Shown piece by piece: positions 26,020-37,724 of a stretch of DNA of 64,000 nt; position 1 is the stretch's first letter, and each line of letters opens with the position of its first letter. The DNA is from Lama glama (Eukaryota), in NCBI GenBank assembly GCA_028534125.1, contig CM052817.1:26662001-26726000 (forward strand), given 5' to 3'. The translations under genes were made by a program, and so were the position numbers. The notes below the pieces were generated by a model. The model ran no database searches and was not told where the DNA came from. It saw only the letters and a list, made by a program, of their open reading frames with translations.

Positions 26020-26125
26020 TATGGATTCTAGAATCCAGCCCAGTTCTGCTGAATTGGACTCTTCTGGGGTTTGAGGCTAAGAATCTCTGTTTTATAAACA
26101 AGTTACCTGGATAATTCTTATCCAA
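26020..26125. mobile_element. MER5-like hAT fragment
   Basis: ctgctgaattggactcttctgggg...aagaatctctgttttataaacaagttacctggataattct. Confidence 0.5.
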
Positions 26126-27062
26126 TTAGATAAGAGACACCCTCCCGCCTGAGTATTTACGCTTGTCGATTGATAACGTATTTGAGATTCACTGCGTCAC
26201 AAAGGATAGCTTTAATAAGATTATTTTCCTGTCTGGATGAGTGACCTATCGTTTACAGGTATTCCTTGTGTGCTACGTGTTGCGGATACAATGAAATACA
26301 AGCCATAGCTCTTGGTCTGGGAGAGTTTTGTTTTAACTGGGGACATGGAACATACTGGCAGTCAAATGCCAACTAACACCGGAGGAGAAGTACAGGAGAG
26401 ATGATTTCTGAGCGAGGTGGACGGGAAAGATTCTAGAGACGAGATGAGACTGAAGAAACCACAGAGAGAACACTCTGAGTAGAGGTGGGGAAGGAGGCTG
26501 GGACTGGACTGGGAGGAGACACAGGAATAGTTGGCTGTGGTTGGAAGAAAGGATTACAGGCAAATTTTGTAAAGTTTCATATACCTTTAACTCTACAGAC
26601 ATTTCTCTCTACAGGCACACACACATATATGTATATATATGTATATATTCTGGAAGGAGGGGAAAGGAGGGGCAGAACTTAAAAAAAATCTTCATTGAAC
26701 TATAATCTGGGATGTAAAAATGTGAAATATCTCCTTGGACTTTCTGTGTCAGCTCCTTAACAATAAGAACATGAGTGAAAAATCCAGTGTCATTAAGACG
26801 TTAAATATTATGACACTGTGAGAAATTATGTCATTTTTGCATATTGCTTCCCATCTTTAATACAGTGTTAGTAGGGTGGTACAATTATTATTTAAAACTT
26901 ATCCATCCTGTCATGACTGATCTTAAAAAACTTCTCTGTCACCCAATCCCACAGTTTTAACAGACAGCAAGGCACACAGTATAACTCTCCTGTCGAATAT
27001 TAAATGAATCAGTGATAAACGAGGCCTCACACAAGTGCCAATGGCTGCAGCAAGGACCCTAC

Positions 27063-27259
27063 CTGGAAAGGCGGTGGCGTGGACACAGCAGGAATGACCG
27101 CGGCGGCGGCTGCAGCTGCGGCGGCGCTGGCTGGGTCGGGCTGCACAGCGATGGGGCTGATCATGTGCTCCATTGTGTGGATTTTGCCATCTTCCATCAT
27201 TTTAGGAGCTGGAGCAGCCTGAAACATGGAATACTGGGCCCCGATGGCAGGGATGGCCA
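27063..27259 (-). CDS. RBM47: RBM47 third coding exon (197 nt; [13 protein letters not shown]...polyAla...STPPPFQ)
   Basis: Lies within ORF 27027..27260. Acceptor cttctcttgcag|TG, donor TTCCAG|gtaggg. Phase 1-0 fits both neighbours. Confidence 0.96.
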
Positions 27260-29685
27260 CTGCAAGAGAAGGAAGAGGGGACGCGGGTCAATCATTCCCA
27301 GTCACCGAGAGAGGTCCATCAGTTTCTCAACATCTTTAAAAACAGTTTAGCAGTAAGGGGCTCTCCTGGCAAACTAATGCTCTCTCCATATAAGGTAGCG
27401 AGGTGCTACCCAAGAGGAAGAGAGGGGAGGTGGCAGGTACTCCCTCTGCCTGCTTTTCAAAAGGAACCACGCGGGGATGGATGGGGTCTCCCCAGAGATT
27501 ATCAGGGAAGGCAAGTCTACAGTTAGGTTTCTGTGCCAACATTTCCCACTGCTTCTAAAAGAAAAACCACATTTTGACTCTTACTCTTGAGGTCCTACAG
27601 AGCAAGAAAGGGCCTTCTAATTCTGAGAAAACTGGCTCAGAAGAAGTGAGATCGGAGGCTTGAGGCCCAAGGGTGTGAGAATGAGCCTGCTGGGTCCTTG
27701 TCCCTCACCTCACTCACTACCAGATCTGCTGCCCTTTTTCACTTTCATCACGTTTAAAGAAGCAGGTGCCGTTGAGGGTTTCATTCTGAGAACCTAGAGG
27801 TCTGTGTACATCCTCCCCATCTTGGATTTCAGAATTCAACACTACTGATTCGAGGAAAAATATATAATAAAAAATGGACTCATTTCAACCAGAGATTCAA
27901 AGAGAGAGCAGTTAGTGAATGTCAATGTATAATAAACAGAGGTAAAAAGGAAAAAATACTAGCCCTGATTTGGGGGAGTTTGTGTGAGAGTGTGTGTGTG
28001 GTGTCCGTGTGTGTGTGTGTGTGTGTGTTGAAAGGATGAGTAAGAATACTGAAATGCAAACACAAAATGTCCTTCCACTTAAGTTTTTTCTCCAACTGTA
28101 GGTACATTTCTTCTAATAAAAGCTGACCTGACATAAGGCAGAGAGAAATGACTGCAGGCTTAACAATGATACAGCCATTCAATAAAATACACTGAAGAAC
28201 TTAATAAAATCTTTTATCTGCCTTTCCAACCATATGGTCTTGTGCCCAGATACTTCACTACTACTGCCCTGTGCTTCTCCTAAAATACAAAGTTCTAATT
28301 TTCTGGATGAATCAGAAATAGAGGCCAGGGGATGGGGCCCAGAAAGGATTATGAGTTTGAGCACCGCTGGGGCTGTACCGAGTAACTCTGGACTATTCTG
28401 GTTATCAGCCCACAATATTTTCTACCTCATGCCCCAGAACACAACTATATGCTTAAAGACTGTTTAAGAGTTCTTTTCTTTAGATGAATCCTAAGCTATC
28501 ACTTAAGCTACTGCCAACAGGAGTCCCTTTCCCAACAAGTAGAAGGGACAACTCCCAGGCTCTGTTAAATGGAATTACAAGAGAAACAGGATCAGTCTTA
28601 CACTGCTTAGAGCACCAATGGCCTTCATAAGAAAATTTAGTCACTTAACTGCAAAAATTGCAGAATTTTTTCATAGGCATTAAAAAAAAAATCACTGGAT
28701 TACTTCAAAAGAAAGCTCTGGGAAAATGCTTTGTGAGCCCTATGTGGCCAATGCCAACCTACATCCCACATGCACAGCTCCCCCGGGTCTGTTCCAGCCA
28801 GGGAGGGAGTGCATAGTAGCAGAAAATCTGAGCGGCTGAGCTTGGAAGGGATCACATCGGATTTCCCATGTGTTTGGGTGCTTGTGCGGTGTGTGCAATT
28901 AGGGAGTTTGTGCCAGGCTCACACAATGGAGTTAAATACAGCTCCTTGCAGGTTACGATCGCAAGGAAAATCTCACGTGAAATGACCAATGGGCACAAAC
29001 AATGTTGGAAAACTGGCTTGTGGAGCCCGGAGGGTGAGAGCAAAGTTTAAGGTCCATGGCTTGAGTTACCTGAGCGCCCCCACCCCAAATCTACTGATTC
29101 AGCAAGAGGAGGAAATAAAAGCTGGAAATTAGCTGCAAAAACTTTCACTGCTGCCTTGCCCCCAGGCATGCTGGTTTGTTAAGACCAGGACAAAGGACAA
29201 GTCAAGGACAAGTCGTGTTATTTGCTCCTGAAGGGGAATTTTCTACCCTTCCCAACAACGCTCAGAACCAGCAATGAGCTGCAACCTCTGGCTTCTAATG
29301 GCTGGGGTAGAAACAGGCTTGAGTAAGGAAAAGAAAGTTTTTAGCTGGTAGAAGATACAGAAGAGCTTCGTATTTTTCTACCCAACCTGCCCCCTCCCCG
29401 AACCCAAGAATCTGCCTAACTGAGAAAAAGCCTAACAACTGGTGCCCGCCCATTTGAAAAACCCACCACCAGAAAGTTTGACTTGAATGTGGTCAAAACT
29501 AGACTATCCCCCTAAGTTCTAGATAAGAAGGCCCAGGAGGCCACCTTCCTTGCCTAATCTCCGGCTGCTCTGAGAAGAGGAACCCACAGGCAGAGGGAAG
29601 TACCCAAGGAAGTCTTGGGGTCACTTCAAAGAGGGGGTTGGGGTTCAGGCTGAATAGATGCATTCTCACTCTGGTTTATACTGAC

Positions 29686-29892
29686 CTGCACCAGGTTTAA
29701 TGGCTACTGGATTGACGGCAGAGATTTCCAAATTCGGTACAAGTTCGTATCCTTTTTCTTGTTGTTTTCCTTTTCCTTCATGATATCGGCTATATATACC
29801 GCGGCCAGCAGAATATCCCCCAAGGTAGGAACCCCTGGGCCCCGGGGCTCTGTTGCCAGCCGCACCTCGACCCCGGCCTCTTATGCTGCCTG
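29686..29892 (-). CDS. RBM47: RBM47 second coding exon (207 nt; RG/RGG-rich: [69 protein letters not shown])
   Basis: Manual translation (absent from the ORF track). Acceptor ttgtgtttttattataag|CAG, donor GCAG|gtcagt. Phase 1-1 and length divisible by 3. Confidence 0.95.
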
Positions 29893-30699
29893 CTTATAAT
29901 AAAAACACAAAAGGTGATGAGCCGCCAATAGTGACAGTACAGAAGGCAGAGCTTAACTCAAGGTTCTTGGCACTTAGGTGTTTGCCCCAGGTCTAAGTTG
30001 CAGGTGGCTACATCTCTGCTCTTCAGCCAGCTGGGAAGATGCTCAGACATTCTGTTCCAGCTAGATGCATCCTAAGACATCTGATTAATGCAAGAGATGA
30101 ACTTGAAAGGTGAGTTCCTAGAACTGCGACTGCAACTTCAATAAATAAAAATGTTCACAGACTGTACAAAAAGTTAGATGGGGAAGGGGAACTGCTAGCT
30201 CACCTTCCTCATTCTATGCATGAGAAAGCAGGCCTGGGGAGGTTAAAGGGACTACTGAAGTTACAGAGCCAGCTAATTGCAGAGCAGGACCCAGAACCTA
30301 AGTATTTTGTTTCCTAGAGTAATGCCTGGTTTCATTGTAGGCTAACTAGTGATTAAAATCAACAAAACAAAAAACAAAAAACCCCAACAACACTGCGCCC
30401 CCTTCTCCTCAACATTCTAAAGATTTAATTTTACAGGTAGGTTTCAACCCAAGAAATCAGAGACCTAGGGACTAGCCGCAAATTGGGTAGGCCCTGTTAA
30501 GGCAGAACGCCAAGAGCTGGCGTGCCCCCATGATTTTACCACTACCCCCATTCATACGAATGAGCTGCATTTCTCTCAGCGCTAATGAAGTGAATGCCTT
30601 AAGTGCCAGCAAAGAACAGAACCCAGAACTGGACACCCAGACAAGGGTGGGCAGGGCGTCACCTCCACCAGACCAGTAAATGACAGCCACAACAGCCCC

Positions 30700-31980
30700 A
30701 ACGCCGCCTGCCTGGTGGACGCAGCTCCCTCGGCCCACCCGGGCGAAGAGCCCCCACTAACCTTTCACGAAGTAGTCCCTGTTGGGCCCGATGAGCGTGT
30801 TGTAGGGGTAGCCGTAATAGGCCAGCGTGTAGGGGTCACAGGAGTACACGTAGCTAGGCTGCGGCACCACCGCCGCCTCCGCCGCGCCGCCGCCCTTGGC
30901 CGCCTTCTGGTAGCGGGAGTACTGCTCCTTGTCCACGGGCTTGGCCAGCGTCACCTCGAGGCACGAGCCCTCCAGCTCGGTGCCGTTGAGGTTGTTCATG
31001 GCGTGCACGGCGTCCTCGCGGCTGGCGAAGTGCACGAAGGCGTAGTCGCGGATCTTCTTGACGCGCTCCACGCAGCCCGGGTTGAACTGGCCGAAGCTCT
31101 TTTTGATGGTGTCCTCGGTGGTCTCGATCATGAGGTTGCGCACGTAGAGGATCTTCACGGTCTCCATCACGTCCTCGTCCACGTCGATCTCGGGCTCGGC
31201 CCAGTCCACGGCGATCTGGTGGCCCCACAGCTGGATGCGGCCGGGCATGAGCTTGCGGCGCGCCATGGCGGCGGCGCGGTGGCTCTCGTACTCCACGAAG
31301 GCGAAGCCGCGGTTCTTCATCTTGTCGGCCGCGCTGGCGTAGACGATCACGTCGAGCACGCCCTCCGTGACCTTAGCGATCTCCTCCAGGATCTCCTCAC
31401 GCTTCTTCATCTTGGGGATGCCGCCGATGAAGAGGCGGCAGTTGTCGACGCTGCAGCAGACGCCGAGCAGGCGGCCGGGGCGGATCTCGTAGTTGTTGAG
31501 CTCGCGCACGGCGCGCTTGGCCTCGTTCTTGTGGCAGTACATGACGAAGGCGTAGCCGCGGTTCTTGCCGTCGAAGTCCATCATGAGGCGCAGCTCGTAG
31601 ATGCGGCCCACCGCCTCGAACACAGGCACCAGCTCGTCCTCGTACACGTCGCGCGGGATCTTGCCCACGAAGACCTCGCAGCCGCGCTGCGGGTGCGGGC
31701 CCTCCCAGCCGGGCGGCGGGCCGCCGTACTTGCGCTGCCCGTTCTCCTGCACCATGCTGTAGCCCGTGCGCTCCATCAGCGCCAGCAGCGCCGCCTCGTT
31801 GGGCGCGCCCGCCACGCCCTCGGGCACTTTGGCCGAGGACGCGGCGGCGGAGTCGCTGCTCATGGCTGCGGTGGAATCCTCTGCGGTCATAATGTCAAAG
31901 GCATCCACGGCTGGAGGGAACCTGGGGGAGGCAGGAGGGAAAGGATGAGTGTGGCATCTGCGCCGAGCCGAGCCAGAACT
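30700..31980. promoter_or_regulatory. Intragenic CpG island over the RRM exon
   Basis: Very high GC and CpG density by eye compared with the CpG-depleted flanks. Confidence 0.85.
30762..31890 (-). CDS. RBM47: RBM47 first coding exon (ATG at 31890; three RRM domains), 1129 coding nt
   Basis: Translation [14 protein letters not shown]...EVFVGKIP...NRGYAFVMY...RLFIGGIP...NRGFAFVEY...ILYVRNL...RDYAFVHF...DYFVK shows three RNP2/RNP1 pairs and matches RBM47 as I recall it. The exon starts at 31921 after a polypyrimidine tract and cag (31 nt of 5'UTR). Donor is AAAG|gttagt, phase 1. Confidence 0.98.
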
Positions 31981-32902
31981 TGACTCCTTTTTCCTTCCTT
32001 TCTTTTTTCCCCCAAGGCATACAAGACTCACGCTGAACTGTCAGGTGGTTAAATGAGGAGGAAGATGGAGACCGCTCTGGATATGCAGCGTTAAAACAGT
32101 CTAAATTAAGCAAGTTGTTTTGCAGGAAAAACCAGAAGTGACTTGGGAGAAAAAAAAATCAGAATAAGCAAGTACTTCCGCTTAATCAGTACCCCAACAG
32201 CTTTGAAGCATAGAGAACCAGCTGTAATTGTCAGTGAAAACCTCATGTTCTTGCAGCAGTTGGCAACATCTTTTGCTTAATTCCTGCACTGTCAACTCAG
32301 ATTGATTTCCTTTTAAGTTATAGCATTTTGCCCCATTTATTTCTTTGGCAGACAAAGCCTATTTCTTTGCTTTCTTTTTTAAGACAGTCTTTTTCATTTA
32401 GGAATGGAAATAGGGCAGTGTATTTACATTGTTAAGTAAAAAACTGAGGTGTTATTACAGAAGATACAGAGCTGTGTGCCGAGGCTTTTTACAAGAGATG
32501 AAACATCTACATTACCAAAGACTTGTCCTAGGAACTGTGCTAAGAGCTGGTAAGTGTGATTTTTAATGGTGTCATTCAGCATAATTCTTGGTATGAATCA
32601 TTCATGGATGTGGAATCAGTGCACAAAGAGCTAGATTAAGATCAAACTGGGGGATTTATGAAGCAGCAACTACCTGGTAAAGCACAGTATGGTTTTCAGA
32701 AAACTGTTACATGCATTATCTTATTTTCTTCTTCTTAATCTCCTTTCATGGTAAGTGATATTATCATTAGTTCCAATTTGTCTATGAGGAGATAGACTCA
32801 GAGAGGTTGAGTAAATCGTCCATTTCTCACACCAAGTACTGGCTCGTATCAGGACTTGATTCCAAGTCATCTGGCTCCAAATTTTGTGTTCTTTCTTCCA
32901 AA

Positions 32903-33045
32903 CCAGTGCTGTGCAGTAGAACTTTCAGTGATGATGGAAAAGCTGTTACTAGCCACTCGTGGCTACTGAATACTTGAAATGTGACTGTTGCAGAAATTTT
33001 CACTTTATTTTAAAATTAAATAGCTACACACAACAGTGCAATTCT
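32903..33045. mobile_element. MER3-like hAT fragment
   Basis: cagtgctgtgcagtagaactttcagtgatgatggaaa...actagccactcgtggctactgaatacttgaaatgtg. Confidence 0.65.
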
Positions 33046-33659
33046 GAACCGTGCCACCTTCACTCATACAGCATGGGGCTGAGTGGAAATCATTTTAAAT
33101 TATACAATAAGATTATCACTAAGAACCTGGTATCATGCTTTTGTAAAGAATAACTCTGATTGGCTTTTTAAAACATGAAGTTTATTTCATTTTTTTGGAC
33201 TTTAAAAGTATTCAAGTAAATTTTATGGAAAATTAAGAAAAATAAGAAAAGGAGTTATTTTTAACTCTCCTACCCAGTGACAGCCACATTTAAACTTTTC
33301 CATCTTTCTTTTAATAGTTCAGGCAGGCGGTGGAGTGGGGAAGCTGGGCTTCCAATAAATTTACATCCTGCTTCTTAATTCATTTTATAAACATTTTCCC
33401 CATGTTCTTAACGCTGTAAAACCATAACTTATAATAGCTGCATAAGGTTTTATCATTCAATTTTTTTTCATTTTTTTAATCTCTTATCTTTAAAAATTCT
33501 GTACAAGGATATTAAGGGAAATGTCAAGGACAATTAAGGTAAGTTTTATCACCAAAAAAAAAAAAACCCTAAAAAAGAAATTATAGGGACACAACAGAAA
33601 TCTGAGATGTTACTTTGCCCACTGGTAATACTTCTTTGGTTCATTTGCTGTAACGTCAA

Positions 33660-33912
33660 AGGGCAGTACAGCTTAATGGTAAGTGAGTGGCCACTGGAGC
33701 CAGAATGCATGGTTATGTGTGAATCCTACATCTAACACTTCCTGGTTGTATGACCTGGAGCAGGGATACTTAGCTGCCCCATGCCTCAGTTTCCCTATCT
33801 ATAAAACAGGAATGATCATTAGGTATTAACTTTGTTTAGAAGAGTGAGTTAATACAAAGCACTTTGAACAGTGCCTAGAACATGGTAAATGCTCAAGAAA
33901 TGCCAGTTATTC
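33660..33912 (+). mobile_element. MIR SINE, near full length (one of about 15 MIR fragments, e.g. near 1570, 6250, 7450, 11430, 13880, 15050, 17210, 24130, 30200, 32700, 41260, 52450, 54110, 61450)
   Basis: Core motif tgcctcagtttccctatctataaaacaggaatgat and 3' end acagtgcctagaacatggtaaatgctcaa. Confidence 0.8.
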
Positions 33913-35019
33913 TTATCTTTCATCCTAACTTCTGGTAAAACTTAAGACCAGTTCTTCCCATTTTCAAGTAATTTTGACACTTTCTCAGTTCTTTAAAAAC
34001 ATCTGTTTGATATGGCTTCTATTCTTATTTTTAATTTTCTTTGCTCTTCAACTGCTTGAAAGCTGGTTTGACAACATATCCAGTCATCATGAAGTCTTTT
34101 TTCTGGTATAAATTTGAAAATAATACATTAATTCCCATAGTTTCATGTTGAAGCAGACATTTCAATATCAGATTTGAACATGAAGAGCTTTCCCTCCTCC
34201 CAAAAGGAAGATGAGGGTATATTCTTAAGAATATTATTTGTACAAATAACATATGCGTTTATAATCTGTGACCTGGGAAGGACATGCCAGGTACATATAT
34301 AAATGCGTATGAGGCAGTTCAATATCTTACGTGTTGTATGACATTACGTAGTGACTAAAGTCCAAAGGAACAGACGTTATTGCTCTGCTGAGATATGTGG
34401 AATTGACTTTTTATTTTCCTAATTGTACTTTGAGACTACCATTTAACACACAAAAAAGTTTTATAATGATCAGGCTAGGGGAGTCATTCCCAATTCCAAT
34501 ATCATTAAGTTTACCAAAAATTCTGTTTGCTTTCAGCCTGCAATCTGCTGGTGTAACATAATCATCTGTTTAAAAATAGTTATAGCTCATTTCTTACATC
34601 TATGAGCCAAGAAAAGCGTTGTTCCTGAGCTTTCATCATCTAGAATAAATGAATCATGTTACTGGCCCTCTTTCCCTTCTTTCTTTGGCCACTAGGAGGT
34701 TCAGGATTGAATTTATTGCTTTAGTTTTTGTAATTATATAGGACATTACAACACACTCTCAGGTTCATCCAATTTCGGCTATGGATTCATTTTTTTAGTC
34801 TTCTATATCCCCAATGCAATGAATTTAGCTACTTAAATATTATTTATCTTATTGTTTTCATATCCTTAGAAGCCATCTCACATAATTTTGGAGCTAGGAG
34901 AGGAATAAATGTACATATATGTAAAAAATATGTATATAACTTGCACGAGATGAGACACAGATTAATGTAGTGTCTAAATGAACTATTTTTTACACTAACT
35001 ACAAACACTGACATAAAAA

Positions 35020-35755
35020 AAGTGAGACCCACAGTGAGATACCACTTTACATCCATTAGCATTCTGTTTTAACCAACCAACCAAGCAAATAAACAAACAA
35101 AAAAAACCAAAACAAGTGTTGGCAAGAATGTGGAAAAACTGGAAACCTTGCATATTATTGGCAGGAATGTAAAATGGTGCAGCTACTGTGGAAAACTGTT
35201 TAGTGATTCCTCAAAAACTTAACAACTATCATATGATCCACCAATTCCACTACTAGGTACATTCCCAAAAGAATTGAAAACAACGAATCAAACATACTTG
35301 TATACCAGTGATCATAACATTATTATTCATAGTAGCCAAAAGGTAGAAACAACCCAAAAGCCCATTGACACATGAATGGACAAACAGAATGTGGCATGTG
35401 TACTCAATGGAATATTATTCAACCTTAGAAAGAAAAGAAATTCTGACCCATGCTGCAGCATGAATGAACCATGAAGGCATCCTAAGAGAAATAAGCCAGA
35501 CACAAAAGGAGAAATATTCTAAATAGTCAAATTCATAGAGATAAAAAGTAGAATGGTGGCTGCCAGGATTTGGGGGGAGGGAGAATGGGGAATTAAGAGT
35601 TTTGTGGAGTTTCAGTGAGGGATGATGAGAAAGTTCTGAAGATGGATAGTGGTAATGGTTGCACACTGGTATGAATGTACTTTGAATTGTACACTTAAAA
35701 CTAGAGTAATCTTGTTATGTATATTTTAACATATATACACACACAACATACAAAA
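35020..35755 (+). mobile_element. Old L1 (L1MB-like) 3' region, antisense to RBM47
   Basis: gagataccactttacatccattag...ggaatgtaaaatggtgcagctactgtggaaaac...atatgatccaccaattccactactagg...gtagaatggtggctgccagg. Confidence 0.9.
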
Positions 35756-36098
35756 AAGAGAGAGGATGAGAAGGCTCAGAGATGCAAAAAGGATAAAAAT
35801 AAGATTCCATAAAATTAATATTTCATTTGAGGCCATTAAAAAATGGTACATTGTGTCAGTTTAACACATTCAAGAAAATCTTATGATCTACAAACTCCTT
35901 TCTCTTTATGTCTAAGATAATAGAGTTAAATAAATTTCATGGTGTGCTGTTTAATGAGTTTTCAAGGCCAAAGGCTTAGATATGTAAAAGATATATGGTG
36001 TACTTAATGTCTTAAAAAAGGGAACTATGCAGCATTAGCTGCACGGCCCTCTCTGAGAGATGGAACAGAAGATTTATTACAGTTAGACATGCTTTAGA

Positions 36099-36315
36099 CC
36101 AGGGCTTGGCAAACTATGCCATGAGCCAAATGTAGCCTGTTATTTGTTTTTGTAAATAAAGTTTTATTGGAACACAGCCATATTCTTTTTGTTTTTTAAG
36201 ATGGCTCCTTTTGCACTGCAATGGCAGAGTTGACTAGTTCAGACAGAGTGTATGGCCCATAAAGGCTAAAATACTTACTATCTGGCCAGGTATAGAAAAG
36301 TGTGCTGACCTCTGC
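36099..36315. mobile_element. MER58A-like hAT MITE
   Basis: cagggcttggcaaactat...gtaaataaagttttattggaacacagcca...aaaatacttactatctggcc...gctgacctctg. Confidence 0.8.
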
Positions 36316-37702
36316 TCCAGGAGATGTTCAGAGCACGTCAGTGAGACTAAATAACAGAGATTCCTATTGCTAAGTATTACAGTCACTTTTCCCTCTGTAT
36401 CCTGTGCTGAGCAGTGACCTAATTTCAGGACCAATTTAAAAATTCTAACCTATATTAAAGAGTCTTCTTGAGCTGCCTTCCCCCCCTCCCTTATTCTAAG
36501 CTGTTTTCCACTTAACTGTGTGGTCAAATTTATGAGACCTACAAGAAGAGAGATCTGGTGAAGGTTGTTGGCTCAGCTCCTAATACTTATATGTGAACAA
36601 TAATTTCTTAAGATTTTAAAAAGAGACAGAAGCATTTGTGCTCATTTATTCATTCATTCTGCAAATATTTACTGAGCACCTACTATGTGCCAGATACCAG
36701 TGGACCTCATCCTCACAGAGCTTCCTTGAACCCTGACAGTGTGGCTTAGAGTCTGTACCACAGCTGCCCCTAAGTGATTCTTACCACAGGGCTGAAATAA
36801 TCCGTGTAAAGCTCCTAGTGTAGGACCCAGCACCAAGTGCTCAAGAAACTTGAAAAAGAAAAAGATATATGAACTTGAGGCAAGAATCTTGCCCCTATGT
36901 AGGATTCTTGTGTTTACAAGGAAACAAGCAAGAGGTTACCCCAGCCAACTTTAAACTGGTCAGAATGAGCAGTCCAGCCTGTGTGTTCTGGTGTAGACTG
37001 GCGTATCAGAGTCTCCCAGATTCCGTTCATAGCAGGTAAGCTGTCTGGCAGGGTGATTCTCCACTGGTGATACAGCTCAGGCATCCAAGTGTAAACCTAT
37101 TTCTCACCTAACCCTTGGCTAAAGCAGTTTGCAGAGGCTCTTCCAGGAAGAACCTGAAGAGACTTGCTGCACTGGATGCAAAAAGTCCAGTCATCCACCT
37201 GGATGCCAGTTCCCCCGGGGCAGGACCCTCCCAACACGGAGCCATTCTTGCACACGCTGAAAACGCATTAGTCTTCACTGAAGGCTGCTAGCATTAAACA
37301 AACATGGCAATCTATTCGAAACAAATCATTTATTCACTCTTTGGCATATAAAACAGAGGAAAATACTTTCAAGTCAAGCTATTATTATTCTGAACTATTA
37401 GCTAGAATTCTTGTTGTCTTTGTTTTAGGTCGAGTTTGAGCTTGTTGGGGTAAAATAATATTTCAGGGTTAACTCAGAACAGAAATCATCAAGGATTTGA
37501 ATCCTCTTCTTAGTACTGGCTCAGAGTACCTTTCAGTAGGATTTTAACTTTGAACTGGGTAATTTTAGAGGGCAAGGGATAACTCTGTACTGGGAAATAT
37601 TTACAACGTGTACCAATCAGTCTTTACCTAGGATCAAAAACAGACATGAGTTTACTCTAGAATTATGCAGACCACCAGTTAACTTTGGTTCACAGCTCTG
37701 GG

Positions 37703-37724
37703 TGCGTGCGTGCGTGCGTGCGTG
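37703..37724. repeat. (TGCG)5 microsatellite
   Basis: Directly visible. Confidence 0.9.

Noticed and set aside
29677..29687. AGGTCAGTATA at the cassette-exon donor resembles the APOBEC1 mooring sequence TGATCAGTATA (self-editing idea)
   Set aside because: The similarity is largely explained by the splice donor consensus, and there is no C at the usual spacing in an AU-rich context.
30854..31228. 124-aa alternative-frame ORF within the RRM exon
   Set aside because: GTG start and Arg/Gly-rich composition are expected from a shifted frame in GC-rich coding DNA.
30715..31983. 422-aa plus-strand ORF antisense to the RRM exon
   Set aside because: It is codon-aligned with the RBM47 frame and coextensive with it. 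Extreme GC3 removes antisense stops, so this is a shadow ORF. It starts at a non-ATG codon and shows no recognisable protein.
31891..32031. 47-aa N-terminal extension of the 424-aa ORF
   Set aside because: It starts at a non-ATG codon and crosses the polypyrimidine tract and acceptor at 31922, so it is intronic/UTR sequence.
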